A DNA stretch of 64,000 nt from Parcubacteria group bacterium Gr01-1014_38 (lineage in GTDB: Bacteria; Patescibacteriota; Andersenbacteria; UBA10190; CAIZMI01), in NCBI GenBank assembly GCA_007376145.1, contig VMFP01000001.1, positions 122,835 through 186,834 of the forward strand, read 5' to 3'. The position numbers and the translations under genes are program-made. The notes below the pieces were generated by a model. That model did not search any database and was not told the origin of the DNA. It saw nothing but the letters and a program-made list of their open reading frames with translations. Positions 27,106 through 37,412 of the stretch are shown here, in pieces; positions within the stretch are counted from its first letter, which is position 1, and the number at the start of each line of letters is the position of its first letter.

Positions 27106-28509
27106 ATGCCTGTAAAGTCTGGAGTCTCCGGCGACCATCTCCCCCCGCATAACCTCGAAGCGGAGGCATCCGTGCTCGGAGCGCTTCTCCTCGACCACGA
27201 AGCGGTCGTGAAAATCGCCGATTTTCTCCGGCCACAGGACTTTTACTCCCCAAGCCACGCGACGATCTACGCCGCGATGGTTGAACTCTTCGAGCGCCGG
27301 GATCCGATCGATGTCCTCTCCGTCACGAACCGCTTGGCGGAAAAGAAAGAGTTGGAGATCGTCGGTGGCGAAGCCGCTCTCGCTTCTCTCGCCGCGTCTG
27401 TTCCAACGGCAGGTCACGTTGTCCACTACGCGCGGATCGTCCAGAAGAAAGCCACGCTCCGCCGCCTCATCAGCGCCGCGGCAGACATCCACGATCTCGG
27501 GTTCACCGAGGAAGAGGAAGTGGATCGCGTGCTCGACGACGCCGAGCAGAAGCTCTTTGCCGTGTCCCAGCAGCACCTGCGCCAGACCTTTGTGCCGGTC
27601 CGTGAGGTGCTCGCCGACGCGTTCCAGCGCATTGATGCGCTCCACAAGGGCGGCGCGGCCTACCGAGGCATTCCGTCTGGATTGAAACCGCTCGACGATA
27701 TTCTCTCCGGACTCCAGAAGTCCGATCTCGTGATTCTCGCGGCGCGCCCAAGTGTCGGGAAAACGTCCCTCGCCCTGGACATTGGCCGGCATATCGCCGT
27801 TCGGGAGAAGGTTCCCGTGGGGATCTTCTCTCTCGAGATGAGCAAGGAGCAGCTCGCCGACCGTTTGATCTGCGCGGAAGCCGCCGTGGACTTATGGAAA
27901 ATGCGCACCGGGCGTCTCTCCAGCGAGGGGTTCCCCCACGACGATTTCTCGAAGATCAACCATGCGATGGCGATCCTTGCGGAAGCGCCGATCTACATTG
28001 ACGATTCCGCCACGAGCAACGTCTTGGAAATTCGCACGCTCGCGCGCCGTCTTCAGGCGGAGCACGGCATCGGGTTTCTCGTGCTCGACTACTTGCAGCT
28101 CATGGAGGGCCCGCGGGCCCGCGAAGGTCGCGTGCAGGAAGTGAGCGAGATTTCGCGCGCGCTCAAAGGACTCGCGCGAGAGCTGAATATCCCCGTGCTT
28201 GCCGTTTCCCAACTGTCGCGGGCGGTAGAAGGACGGAGTCCTCCCGTGCCGAAGCTCTCTGACCTCCGTGAGTCTGGCTCCATCGAGCAAGATGCGGACG
28301 TCGTCCTCTTCCTCTACCCGAGCGGCCGACACGAAAAGACCGTGGAGCACCCGAACATCGTCGACGTCATCATCGCCAAGCACCGGAATGGTCCCATCGG
28401 AACGGTGTCGCTCTTCTTCCGTTCCGAGAGTGCGTCCTTCTCGGTGCTGGATGTTCGACACGCGGAGACTCCCGCGACCGCTCCGGCGGCTGCGGTGGTG
28501 AGCCGCTGA
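27106..28509 (+). CDS. dnaB: replicative DNA helicase DnaB
   Basis: 467 aa. N-terminal domain HNLEAEASVLGALLLD, Walker A ARPSVGKTSLALD, Walker B LVLDYLQLM, and the arginine-finger region. Confidence 0.95.
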   Translation: MPVKSGVSGDHLPPHNLEAEASVLGALLLDHEAVVKIADFLRPQDFYSPSHATIYAAMVELFERRDPIDVLSVTNRLAEKKELEIVGGEAALASLAASVPTAGHVVHYARIVQKKATLRRLISAAADIHDLGFTEEEEVDRVLDDAEQKLFAVSQQHLRQTFVPVREVLADAFQRIDALHKGGAAYRGIPSGLKPLDDILSGLQKSDLVILAARPSVGKTSLALDIGRHIAVREKVPVGIFSLEMSKEQLADRLICAEAAVDLWKMRTGRLSSEGFPHDDFSKINHAMAILAEAPIYIDDSATSNVLEIRTLARRLQAEHGIGFLVLDYLQLMEGPRAREGRVQEVSEISRALKGLARELNIPVLAVSQLSRAVEGRSPPVPKLSDLRESGSIEQDADVVLFLYPSGRHEKTVEHPNIVDVIIAKHRNGPIGTVSLFFRSESASFSVLDVRHAETPATAPAAAVVSR

Positions 28510-28545
28510 CGCTTTTGAGCGGGTTGACGCCGTCAGTCGCGCGGT

Positions 28546-29169
28546 ATGGCGATTCCTCTCCTCCCCGCGTCGCTCCGAAACCTGATGAGAGATTTGGAGC
28601 GACTCCCCGGGGTTGGCCCGAAGAGCGCCCAGCGGATGGTCTTCGCCCTCCTCCGGCGACCCGCGGAAGAACTGGAGCGCTTTGCGTCTGACCTCCTCGC
28701 ACTGCGCGCCGCGAAGACCTGTCGGACCTGCGGCATGCTCGCCGAACAAGAGCAGTGCACGATCTGCCGCGATCAAACACGTGTGTCCGCGATCCTCTGC
28801 GTGGTGGAAACCCCACTCGACGTCATTGCCATTGAACGGACGGGCGAATACCGGGGGCGCTACCACGTGCTCGGAGGTGTCCTCTCTCCGCTTGAACACA
28901 TTGGTCCCGAACAGCTTTCGATTCCCCAACTCCTTCAGCGCGTGAAAGACGAGTCTCCGCAAGAAATCATCCTCGCGTTGAATCCGAGTACCGAAGGCGA
29001 AACCACCGTGCTCTACCTCCAGGACTTACTGAAAGAATTTTCCGGGACAATCACCCGCCTCGCCCGCGGGCTGCCGACGGGCGCAGCGCTAGAATTCGCT
29101 GATGATTTGACCATCGCGCGAGCCATTGCAGAACGACGAGAAGTACAGCGGCAGCCAGCCGCCGCATGA
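28546..29169 (+). CDS. recR: recombination protein RecR
   Basis: HhH N-terminus (RDLERLPGVGPKSAQRM), C4 zinc finger CRTCGMLAEQEQCTICRD, and a Toprim domain. Confidence 0.9.
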   Translation: MAIPLLPASLRNLMRDLERLPGVGPKSAQRMVFALLRRPAEELERFASDLLALRAAKTCRTCGMLAEQEQCTICRDQTRVSAILCVVETPLDVIAIERTGEYRGRYHVLGGVLSPLEHIGPEQLSIPQLLQRVKDESPQEIILALNPSTEGETTVLYLQDLLKEFSGTITRLARGLPTGAALEFADDLTIARAIAERREVQRQPAAA

Positions 29170-29231
29170 GGAATAGAAAAGCGCTGCTGGCAATGACCAG
29201 CAGCGCGTGTTGAAGCAGTAAATCTCCAACC

Positions 29232-30503
29232 TTACTCAACCTGCCCCGTGCCTAGGAAAATGATCGTCCGGGCCCGGTCGGGTGTAAGAGCATCGAGGAG
29301 CTCCACCACTTCTTGGTGCGGCGTTCCCGTGAGCAAGTGCACGTACGTCTCATCGTCGAGCTCTTCGCCCGCAGCCGTAAGACGTCGGTCAGCGATCTTC
29401 GTGTACGCATGTGGGTCAACGACCCGCATGCCGGGGGTGGAGCGAATTGCATCCTGACTATACTCGTACCAGCTTGGATCCCTGGGCTGGGCGTCTTGCA
29501 GGACATCCCGGAATGCCTCACGAAGGGCATCGGTCTTGTCTATCTCTGTTCCTGCGAGGAATCCCCAGAACCCGCCGTCTGGACCGAGTACACTAAAGAT
29601 CTCTGCACCATAAACAAGCTGTCGCTCTTCTCGGGTGATCCGGAGGAGCGGAGCGGTCGTATCACCGTCAGTGAGGAGGTGCTCGAGTCGTGTCCAGCGG
29701 CGGAACTGTGCCGGATCATCGCCCCGGGAGGCTACCGGGAACAAGAGGAAGACGACGGATGTCTGAAAGGGCGTCTCAATCTCGGTCGTGTTCCCACACT
29801 CCCAAGAAGGAAGTTCACCATACGACGCAGGGGCTCGTCGCTCCGTAAGAGGGAGATTAGAAAGCGCTGACGCGCTTTCCGCCACCACCTCACGGAGTTC
29901 GTCGGGAGAGCAATCTCCGGCAACGAAGAGGACTGTCCGTGACCGTGCATACCCCCGCGCGTGGGATCGCCGGAGCAGTTCAGGAGTCATGCCGCTGACG
30001 GCTGCCTCCGAACCAATCGGGAGATGGCCAAGAGGGTGATCGCCCCAGAGAAGAGGAAAGAGGTGGTAGAGAGCCGATGCAAATGCGTCGGAGAGGCGGT
30101 CACGGCGTTCTTTCACGATGATTTCCCGTTCGGCCGTAATGGCGGCGTCTGTCATCATCGGTTCCGCGACGAGGTTAGCAGTCACGTCGAGTGCTTCGCG
30201 CCAGAACCGTTTCGGCACGTGTGCCCAGAAGGTGGTTGAGACCAAGCCAGTCTCCGCAGTCACAAGACCGCCGTACCGTGCATACCGATCCGCAGTTTCG
30301 GCTGGACCATTCGGATATTTCTTGGTCCCGCGGAACGGAACATGCTCGAACCAGTGGTAGATCCCGTCGTCGCCAACCGTACGATCATCGGCACTCCCCG
30401 TGAACATGATCCACCGGATGCTAAAGGGATTCACTGCCTCGGGGAGTTGCTGGAAAAAGACAGGAATCCCATACGCGCCATCAATTCGCCTGAACTGAAT
30501 CAC
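29232..30503 (-). CDS. M16 family zinc metallopeptidase (pitrilysin-like)
   Basis: Inverted zinc motif HWFEH (HxxEH) near the N-terminus. 423 aa, bilobal. Confidence 0.7.
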   Translation of the reverse strand: MIQFRRIDGAYGIPVFFQQLPEAVNPFSIRWIMFTGSADDRTVGDDGIYHWFEHVPFRGTKKYPNGPAETADRYARYGGLVTAETGLVSTTFWAHVPKRFWREALDVTANLVAEPMMTDAAITAEREIIVKERRDRLSDAFASALYHLFPLLWGDHPLGHLPIGSEAAVSGMTPELLRRSHARGYARSRTVLFVAGDCSPDELREVVAESASALSNLPLTERRAPASYGELPSWECGNTTEIETPFQTSVVFLLFPVASRGDDPAQFRRWTRLEHLLTDGDTTAPLLRITREERQLVYGAEIFSVLGPDGGFWGFLAGTEIDKTDALREAFRDVLQDAQPRDPSWYEYSQDAIRSTPGMRVVDPHAYTKIADRRLTAAGEELDDETYVHLLTGTPHQEVVELLDALTPDRARTIIFLGTGQVE

Positions 30504-30558
30504 GAGTGTCCTCCCGTGGAACTTCGCGCTCCACTCAAAACTCTACTGACATTCAAAT

Positions 30559-30577
30559 GAACAGCACCGTGCTGTTC
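30559..30577 (-). terminator. perfect 19-nt palindrome GAACAGCACcGTGCTGTTC (possible rplU terminator hairpin)
   Basis: Located 67 nt downstream of the rplU stop on the minus strand. Only a weak U tract follows. Confidence 0.3.
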
Positions 30578-30643
30578 ACGGTGCCCAGCAGCTTATATCA
30601 CCATGATATTTTCGTCAAGGCAAACTGTTCCCTCCAAAAATCG

Positions 30644-30964
30644 CTAGAAGTTAATCTCCCCTATTTTCACTTCCGTATAGTGTTGCCGATGGCCGAACTT
30701 TTTGCGGTAGCGCTTTTTGGCCTTGAATTTGATGCCGATGACTTTGTCGTGGCGGCCGTGTTTCGCGATCGTGCCAGTGACGACAGCGCCGGGCACCGTC
30801 GGGTGGCCCACGCGGACCTCTTCCCCACGCGCGAGGAGGAGGACTTCGGGAAACGTCACCGCTGCCGACGGCTCACCATCGAGTTTCTCCACGCGCATCG
30901 TGTCGCCCGGCCGGACGAGCACTTGTTTTCCACCGGTGGCGATCACCGCGAGCACGTCACTCAT
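30644..30964 (-). CDS. rplU: 50S ribosomal protein L21
   Basis: MSDVLAVIATGGKQVLVRPGDTMRVEKL is the L21 N-terminal signature. No rpmA (L27) follows. Confidence 0.85.
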   Translation of the reverse strand: MSDVLAVIATGGKQVLVRPGDTMRVEKLDGEPSAAVTFPEVLLLARGEEVRVGHPTVPGAVVTGTIAKHGRHDKVIGIKFKAKKRYRKKFGHRQHYTEVKIGEINF

Positions 30965-30983
30965 ACCCCGTTAGAAACTACGT

Positions 30984-31008
30984 AAAAAGCGCGCCCCGAG
31001 CGCTTTTT
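30984..31008. terminator. bidirectional hairpin AAAAAGCGC-gccccga-GCGCTTTTT
   Basis: A 9-bp palindromic stem with A/T runs on both sides, between the wecA-like stop and the rplU start. Confidence 0.45.
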
Positions 31009-31096
31009 CGCGAAGAGAATAGTGAAACGGAAGACGGAGTATCTCATGTGGAAGTGGAGGCTGCTAGATGTTTCTAACGGGGCATACCGCGACATG

Positions 31097-32101
31097 CTAG
31101 GGATTCTTCCCTTTCCCGTCAACCAAGAAGGTCGGCCGGCGCGTAAGGGTGAAGAAAATCACCGCAGCGCCGCTCGCCGCGAGGAGGAGCACTTTCCAGG
31201 GCGTGGGAAGCGTCACAGCGGCCACGGCGAGTCCGGCAGAGACCACGGTGTACAACGCGAGGATGGACCGAGGAGACCAGGCCTTGGCGAGCAGACGGTG
31301 ATGGAAATGCGTGCGGTCGCCTCGGAACGGTGAACTGCCCCGGCGAATCCGCGCGGTCACCACAGAGACCGCGTCGAGGAGCGGGATGGCTCCGACGACC
31401 GACAGCGTGGCGATCTTGCTCGATCCTTGGACGGAGAGGACCGCCAGGAGGAACCCCAGGAACCACGCGCCGGGTGTCCCCAACACAAGGCGGGCCGGCG
31501 GGAAATTCCAGAAAAGGAAGCCGGCGGTCGCCGCCGCAGCGAGGAACGCTGGCAGGGCGACCACTGGTTCATTCACCTGCGGGAGCAGACTCGTTACCCC
31601 GATGGCGAGAAAACCAATGGTGCTGACGGTTGCCGCGAGACCATCCATGCCGTCGAGGAAATTCACGGCGTTCATGAGAACGAGAATCCAGAGCACCGTG
31701 AGTGCCGCGCCGGGGAACGGAAACCCCCCGATCTGCCAGTGGTCTAAGGTGATGAGCCCGCCGGTTGGATTGGTCACGTACTCCACAGCGATGCCCCCGA
31801 CGAAGACAGCACCGATGCTCGCCAGGAGCTGCCCGAGGAGCTGCGGGAGTGGACCGAGCCCCCGCCACAGATCCCAAAGCCCGACCGCCACGATCGTGAT
31901 CGTCGCCAGGCCCATGCCCAGCGCACTCCGTGGCGAGAGACTTCCGGTGAGCCCGCTCAAGATCCACCAGGCCAGCAGTGTGCTGATGCCTCCGGTTGCC
32001 GCGACGCCGCGCGCCGCGGTGAGTCGGATCCGTTCACCGCCCCAGCGTGCCGCGCTTCCCAGTGCCAGACTGAGAGTAAACGCACCAAAGAACGGAATCA
32101 T
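31097..32101 (-). CDS. wecA: polyprenyl-phosphate N-acetylhexosamine-1-phosphate transferase (WecA/MraY GT4-fold family)
   Basis: Motif NAVNFLDGMDGLA (DDxxD region), ~10 TM helices, 334 aa. Confidence 0.75.
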   Translation of the reverse strand: MIPFFGAFTLSLALGSAARWGGERIRLTAARGVAATGGISTLLAWWILSGLTGSLSPRSALGMGLATITIVAVGLWDLWRGLGPLPQLLGQLLASIGAVFVGGIAVEYVTNPTGGLITLDHWQIGGFPFPGAALTVLWILVLMNAVNFLDGMDGLAATVSTIGFLAIGVTSLLPQVNEPVVALPAFLAAAATAGFLFWNFPPARLVLGTPGAWFLGFLLAVLSVQGSSKIATLSVVGAIPLLDAVSVVTARIRRGSSPFRGDRTHFHHRLLAKAWSPRSILALYTVVSAGLAVAAVTLPTPWKVLLLAASGAAVIFFTLTRRPTFLVDGKGKNP

Positions 32102-32126
32102 TCCGTTGGCTGGAGACGCGCGTTGG

Positions 32127-33866
32127 TCACCGCCGACTCACCGCCGTCGTGAGGAGCGGTGCGCGCACTCGCATCGGTTCCACGCGCACTTTCGGTGTCA
32201 CCCAGAACCCGAGGTACGTTCCCAGGAGCAGGCGGGTCTGCGCATCCACGGCCGGAAGTGCACCGAGGACGGAAGTAATGATCGGCGTCAGCACCCACTG
32301 GAACACCATCCAGAGGTACCGCCGACGCGGCGTTCCTGGTGGAGCCGGAGGGAGCAGGAGCAGCGAGAGCGTCGCGTTGAGGATCAGACCCACCATACCG
32401 ATGGTGAGGAGCGTGCGCGTGACGCGGGGGAGGTTGAACGCCAGCACGGTTCGCTGGAATTCGACGTTGCCGAACAGCACGGGGATCCAGCCGAGGAACG
32501 CGAGGATGAGCGCGGCGGTGGCCCACGAGTGCCAAGCCTCGAGCATCGCCCCGGCGCGCAGGAATCGTTCACGAACCGGAATTGCAGAACGTTGCAGAAA
32601 TGCCTTCGCAATGAACGGAAAGTTCTCAATGCCCCACGCCCAGCGTCGCTTTTGTTTGTACTGATTGATGAACGTCTGCACGAGCGTCGGCGCGCAGGTC
32701 ACGTCCATGGAGACCGTCGCGTCCATGGGCACGGTGCGGTACGCGCCTTGGTAGTGAACATACGCCTGCCAGAAGATGCGCGAGTCCTCCGACACGACCG
32801 TCGGGTCCCAGAATCCTGCGTCGACGAGGGCGCGGAAGGGCATAGCGTGGGAGGAGTACGTCACCATCCGCTCGGACCGCGCGAACTGAATTAAGATCCA
32901 GAATGTTGAGTTTGTGGAGATTACTCGCGTGAACGCCGGTGCTTCCCAGATATTATTGTGGTAGAGCGGGAGTGGCTGATAGCTGCAGCGGAGGCGGTCT
33001 GCAGTCACGAGGTACGTATACGTTAGCACGCCAAAGTACTCGGGCGACGGGACGGTGTCGGCGTCGAAGTTGGAGATGAGCACCTGTTCGTACGGAATTC
33101 CCCCGGCATCAAGGAGTTGTTGAACGACGCGCGCCGCGTAGCTCGCGTTTGCCGACTTTACCTGCCGCTCGCCGGGAATCCCGTCAGGGTGCACGGTGGT
33201 CAGGAAGCGACCGAAGGTGTTTTTGTACCGCGCTTCCAGTGCTCGCTGTACGACCGCGGCGTGCTCGCCAGCCCGTTCTTCCAGCGCCACGATCACCCAG
33301 AGGCGCTCTTTGGGATAGATCGCCGCCGCCAGAGCGTCGAGGCTCTGCGTGAGGAGCAGCAGCGGCTCTTTGTAGGTTGGGAGAATCACGACGTGGAGAA
33401 TGTCGGTCCACCGAGGAACATCCGTTGGCCACTGATCATCCGGCCGCCGCAGCCGCAAGAGATCGTTCCGGAACAGGAGTTCCTGCCGGAGAGTTTTTCC
33501 CGATCTCTGACGCTCACTGCCCGAGGTTTCCGCAACCTGTCGTTCAACATCGCGGATGCGGGCGTCCACCACCTCCAGCGCGCGGCGCGGATCGTCCAGC
33601 AGCTGAAGGCGGGCGATCCAGTCCGTTCCCCGCATGCGCCGGAGCGTCCGGTAGCTGGCAATGAGGTTCGTGGCGACGTGGAGCGCACGCACGAGCCAGT
33701 AGAAGTCGTAGAAGATGAGGAATACCGCCACCAGGAGCGGTTGCGTGAAGGCCAGAACCGTCAATCCGACGAGCGTGCCCCAGACGAGGAGCCCGGGAAT
33801 GCTCTCCAGGGTGCGCCGGAGCAGGAGTTCGCTATCGAACGTGAGGAGAGGAGTCGCGTGACGCAT
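32127..33866 (-). CDS. membrane-embedded processive family-2 glycosyltransferase (cellulose/hyaluronan-synthase-like polysaccharide synthase)
   Basis: ILPTYKEP, DxD-like NFDADT, and Q-x-x-R-W (QKRRWAWG), flanked by N- and C-terminal TM bundles. 579 aa. Confidence 0.7.
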   Translation of the reverse strand: MRHATPLLTFDSELLLRRTLESIPGLLVWGTLVGLTVLAFTQPLLVAVFLIFYDFYWLVRALHVATNLIASYRTLRRMRGTDWIARLQLLDDPRRALEVVDARIRDVERQVAETSGSERQRSGKTLRQELLFRNDLLRLRRPDDQWPTDVPRWTDILHVVILPTYKEPLLLLTQSLDALAAAIYPKERLWVIVALEERAGEHAAVVQRALEARYKNTFGRFLTTVHPDGIPGERQVKSANASYAARVVQQLLDAGGIPYEQVLISNFDADTVPSPEYFGVLTYTYLVTADRLRCSYQPLPLYHNNIWEAPAFTRVISTNSTFWILIQFARSERMVTYSSHAMPFRALVDAGFWDPTVVSEDSRIFWQAYVHYQGAYRTVPMDATVSMDVTCAPTLVQTFINQYKQKRRWAWGIENFPFIAKAFLQRSAIPVRERFLRAGAMLEAWHSWATAALILAFLGWIPVLFGNVEFQRTVLAFNLPRVTRTLLTIGMVGLILNATLSLLLLPPAPPGTPRRRYLWMVFQWVLTPIITSVLGALPAVDAQTRLLLGTYLGFWVTPKVRVEPMRVRAPLLTTAVSRR

Positions 33867-33881
33867 GGGTCGGCCCGACGT

Positions 33882-34319
33882 TTACGGCGTGAGTCGGAAA
33901 TTCAGTCTCGCGATGAAGAGCAGGACGCCGAGGAACCCGATGAGAATGGGGATGGTTGCCGCCAGGAACATAACCGCAGCCGCCGGCTGCGAGGAGCGGA
34001 GTCTGACAGCCAGAAGGGTGTTGCCGGTGACCATCGTCGCCGCAATGCCGGCCAGCCACTGAAATTCGGCACGGGTTCCGAGAAGATCCACGCCCGTGTC
34101 GATGTTGGCGTGAAGCTTCACTCCCTCTAGGGGGAGAGTACGCCAGAGTGCGAAAAACCCTGCGCCGAACAGCACGAAGAGGAGCACGTCGCAGAGCGCG
34201 AGGAGCCGAATGGGTTTCGGGACACTCTGCAGCGTGAGGAGACGCATGAAGGGAGAGAGCATAGGCCATTCCGGCGCCTGCGGCAAGCGGAGTCGAAAGA
34301 CGTTAGGGAAGCTCGGCAT
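33882..34319 (-). CDS. small polytopic membrane protein, first gene of the polysaccharide-synthase operon
   Basis: Start taken at MPSFPNVF (alternative MLSPFMRLL at 34262). Four predicted TM helices. The upstream extension is Arg-rich. Confidence 0.45.
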   Translation of the reverse strand: MPSFPNVFRLRLPQAPEWPMLSPFMRLLTLQSVPKPIRLLALCDVLLFVLFGAGFFALWRTLPLEGVKLHANIDTGVDLLGTRAEFQWLAGIAATMVTGNTLLAVRLRSSQPAAAVMFLAATIPILIGFLGVLLFIARLNFRLTP

Positions 34320-37218
34320 AGTCGCAAATCTTCCGGAAATCGCAAAAACGGCAGTGGTGTCCTGGCGTGGGACGGAAATCTCCACTCCGAATCCGCGCCG
34401 CGATGTCCTCAACCCGCTTCACCGTTTCCGCATCCTGTTCCGGCGTGCGGGTGGTTTCCTTCTCTTCCCCCGTTTCCACATACGCGAAGCGTAACCGCGC
34501 TGGTTCGAGCCCGAGCGCTTTCCGTGCCGCGAGGGCATAGATGGAGAGCTGCGTATCGCTCCTCGCGTCTTTTCCCTTCCCCTCCCCGGTTTTGAAATCG
34601 GTAATCAGGACTTTGCCGTGGTCTTTGGTCCGGTCAATCCGGTCAATGCGGCCGGTGACCCGCGTCGTTTCGAGGAGAAACGAAAACGGAATTTCCGCTG
34701 CCAGCGGCGGAACCATCAGGAGTTCCGGGTGTGCAGAGAGGTATGTCTGGAGTGCCGCGCGCCCTGCCTCTTTCCGCGCCGCTTCGTGCTCCGGACTTTC
34801 ATAGCCCTCGGAGATCCAGTGTTGTTCGAACCACGTGAGCACCTCGAGGAGAGAAGGCTTGTGCCCTGAAGCAATCGCCGTTCCGACGCGGTGCAACACC
34901 GCGTGGATCGTGTTGCCAAACGCAAGCGTGTGTTGCGGCCTGGTTGGGACGCGGAGCACGTAATGGAACTCGTACTTTAAGGGACAGGTTTCGTACTCGG
35001 CAATTTTTGAGGCGCTCAAACTGAGCGCACCATCCACGATCCGCTCCGGCGGGGTTGCCACGCGCAGCGGAAGGGAGAGCTGTTCGCTCGGCGACTTTGG
35101 TTCGCCGGTCACGGTGACAGAGGGAATCTGCGCTTCCGCGATGAAGGGCGAGGGTTTCCGGTGCGTCTTGGATCCCGCTGCCATCGTCGACGACGTGACG
35201 ATGAAGCGCTCTTGCGCGCGCGTCATCGCGACGTAGAAAAGGCGGCGCTCTTCGAGGACGTGCATGGTCCGTTCATCCAGGGTCCCCTGGAGCGCGCTGG
35301 CCGGGACAAGCTCCGACGGAAGCTCGAGCAGCCGCCGCCTCCCGCGCGCCGGGTAGCGATCGGCGGTCGCACCAATGACGAAGACAATCGGAAATTCCAA
35401 TCCTTTCGCCGCGTGGACGGTCAGGAGATGCACGGCGTCGGCCTCTGGCGGGAGGTCGGCGGCCGGCGGGCCCTGACCGCTGTCGGAAGCCGCGTCGAGG
35501 AGTTCAAGGAACTCGAGAAAATTCCCGTCAGGCATACCTTGTTCCAGCGCTCGGATGTAGGCGAGAAACGCCTGGAGGTTCGGCAGCACTTCTGGGTGTC
35601 CTTCGCTCTCCTGAATCGCGTGCTTCAAGATGCCGCTGTGTTCGAGAAATTCCAGGTAAACGGTGGACGGGCGGAGCGTCCGGAACGCCGTGAGGTGCCG
35701 CTCGAGGAGTGCGACGAGGCGCGCGAGTCCGTCCCTGCTTGACGTCGCCAGGGTTGCCGACGTCGTCGGCCGCTTCAAGAACGGAAGGACGGCGTCGGGG
35801 TTCTGCCGGAGCTCGCTCAAGAGGCGTGCCCGGTCGGAAGTGCTCACTCCGAGCGCTGGATGCGTGATGAGACGAAACAGCGCGCTGGCGTCGCGCGGAT
35901 CCCCGAGGAGGCGCAGGTATGCCAGAGCATCCTTAACTTCCGGTCGGGCGAGGAGACCGCGCGCTTCGGACACCGTGTGGGGGATGTCACGTCGGAGAAG
36001 CGAGGAAGCGAGATCGCCCGCTTGCGCATTCGTGCGGGCGAGCACCGCCATCTCGCGGTAGGCTTTCCCCTCGTCCACGAGGCGGAGAATCTCCTCCGCC
36101 ACCCACGCGAACTCTTCCTCTTCGGTGGCGAAGTGCCGGTGCTCCACGAGCACTCCCGGCGGTGCAGAGCCTTGACGAACCAAGCGCTTGCTGATGTCTG
36201 CGGTCGCCTCCAGACGGTACGGGTTATTCTGCTGGATGAGTCGGTAGGCGGCGTCTAAGAGTACTTGCGGCGAACGGAAGTTGTCCGTGAGGACCATGAG
36301 TGATGTCTTGGGAAACCGCTCGCGGAACTGGAGGACATTCCCGACGTTAGAGCCGCGGAAGGCAAAGATCGCCTGGTCGTCGTCCGAAGCGACGAAGAGG
36401 TTTCCGGCGGGCCCGGCCAGCAATTCCAGAAGGTGCAACTGCGTCGCATTCGTGTCTTGGAATTCGTCGACGAGGATCTCCGTGAATCGTCCGCGGTACT
36501 TCTGCGCAATCGCCGGGCGCTCCTGGAAGACGCGGATGGTTTCGAGGAGGAGATCGCCGAAGTCGAAGACGCCCTTCTCGCGCTGCAGGGCGACATACGC
36601 GTGGTACACGGCGGCGAGTTCCCGCCAGTGCGCGGAATCTTCCGCGTCCACGCTCGCAACGGTTTCCGCGTGGCGTTCCAGCATCTCGGGCGTGGTCCCC
36701 TGGTCTTTGGCTTGGTTGAAGAATTCGACGAGCGCTTGGACGAATTTGGTCGGGTTGCCTAAGGGGCGGTACCGCGACAGCGGCAAGGAGAAGAGGTTTC
36801 GCTTGAGGAGAAGCCAGGCCTCGGGGGAAGAGAGGATGCGGAATCGAGGGTCGAGACCGATCGCGAATGCTTCTTCGCGCAGGACATATTCCCCGAACCC
36901 GTGGAAGGTTCCGACCCACGGGCGGAAGGCGCTGATGGGGAGCGCGAGGTCGGTTCTCGCCTCGAGTTCGGCAGAGGCCTTTTCGGTGAACGTGAGCGCG
37001 AGGATATTCTGCGGGGGGACGCTTTGGTGGTTCGTGAGCCAGGCGATCCGCTCCACGAGGACCCGTGTTTTGCCGGTTCCCGCTCCGGCGAGCACGAGCG
37101 CTGGTCCCTCGCCGTGCGTGACTGCCGCGCGCTGGGCATCCGTGAGATGCGAGAATTCGCTTGCCTCGGTGCGTTCCTGCGTCCGTGTTCGTGCACGTTG
37201 CTTCCTCGCCATATCCAC
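34303..37218 (-). CDS. UvrD/PcrA-type SF1 helicase fused to a C-terminal PD-(D/E)XK RecB/Cas4-like nuclease domain (AddA-like single polypeptide)
   Basis: 971 aa. Walker A AGAGTGKT, helicase motifs through QDTN/VDEFQD. The C-terminal ~250 aa carry a nuclease core and the Cas4-type cysteine cluster HHCRFCDFRKICD. Confidence 0.75.
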   Translation of the reverse strand: MDMARKQRARTRTQERTEASEFSHLTDAQRAAVTHGEGPALVLAGAGTGKTRVLVERIAWLTNHQSVPPQNILALTFTEKASAELEARTDLALPISAFRPWVGTFHGFGEYVLREEAFAIGLDPRFRILSSPEAWLLLKRNLFSLPLSRYRPLGNPTKFVQALVEFFNQAKDQGTTPEMLERHAETVASVDAEDSAHWRELAAVYHAYVALQREKGVFDFGDLLLETIRVFQERPAIAQKYRGRFTEILVDEFQDTNATQLHLLELLAGPAGNLFVASDDDQAIFAFRGSNVGNVLQFRERFPKTSLMVLTDNFRSPQVLLDAAYRLIQQNNPYRLEATADISKRLVRQGSAPPGVLVEHRHFATEEEEFAWVAEEILRLVDEGKAYREMAVLARTNAQAGDLASSLLRRDIPHTVSEARGLLARPEVKDALAYLRLLGDPRDASALFRLITHPALGVSTSDRARLLSELRQNPDAVLPFLKRPTTSATLATSSRDGLARLVALLERHLTAFRTLRPSTVYLEFLEHSGILKHAIQESEGHPEVLPNLQAFLAYIRALEQGMPDGNFLEFLELLDAASDSGQGPPAADLPPEADAVHLLTVHAAKGLEFPIVFVIGATADRYPARGRRRLLELPSELVPASALQGTLDERTMHVLEERRLFYVAMTRAQERFIVTSSTMAAGSKTHRKPSPFIAEAQIPSVTVTGEPKSPSEQLSLPLRVATPPERIVDGALSLSASKIAEYETCPLKYEFHYVLRVPTRPQHTLAFGNTIHAVLHRVGTAIASGHKPSLLEVLTWFEQHWISEGYESPEHEAARKEAGRAALQTYLSAHPELLMVPPLAAEIPFSFLLETTRVTGRIDRIDRTKDHGKVLITDFKTGEGKGKDARSDTQLSIYALAARKALGLEPARLRFAYVETGEEKETTRTPEQDAETVKRVEDIAARIRSGDFRPTPGHHCRFCDFRKICDYAELP

Positions 37219-37412
37219 TAGCCAGTATACGGCGTTTCCCTACCTTTCTTGACAAGGTGCCAGCGGCATGCGACACTCTCCCTTACGAGGGAAACGTTCC
37301 TCATCAGCAGACGTGCATAGACTATTCGCGTATACCAATCGTGAGGGGTCGAGCGTCAGCGAGAGCGAAAGCCAACCTCGGTCTCTTCACGAAAGGCGGT
37401 GACTACTTCTTT

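Noticed and set aside
30504-30643. Expected rpmA (L27) downstream of rplU
   Set aside because: No ORF of the right size or sequence exists there. Only a palindromic hairpin was found, and L27 must be elsewhere.
37161-37412. Upstream 84 codons of the listed 181-aa zinc-ribbon ORF
   Set aside because: That stretch is antisense to the helicase 5' end and promoter region. The internal ATG with an upstream GGCGGTG is preferred.
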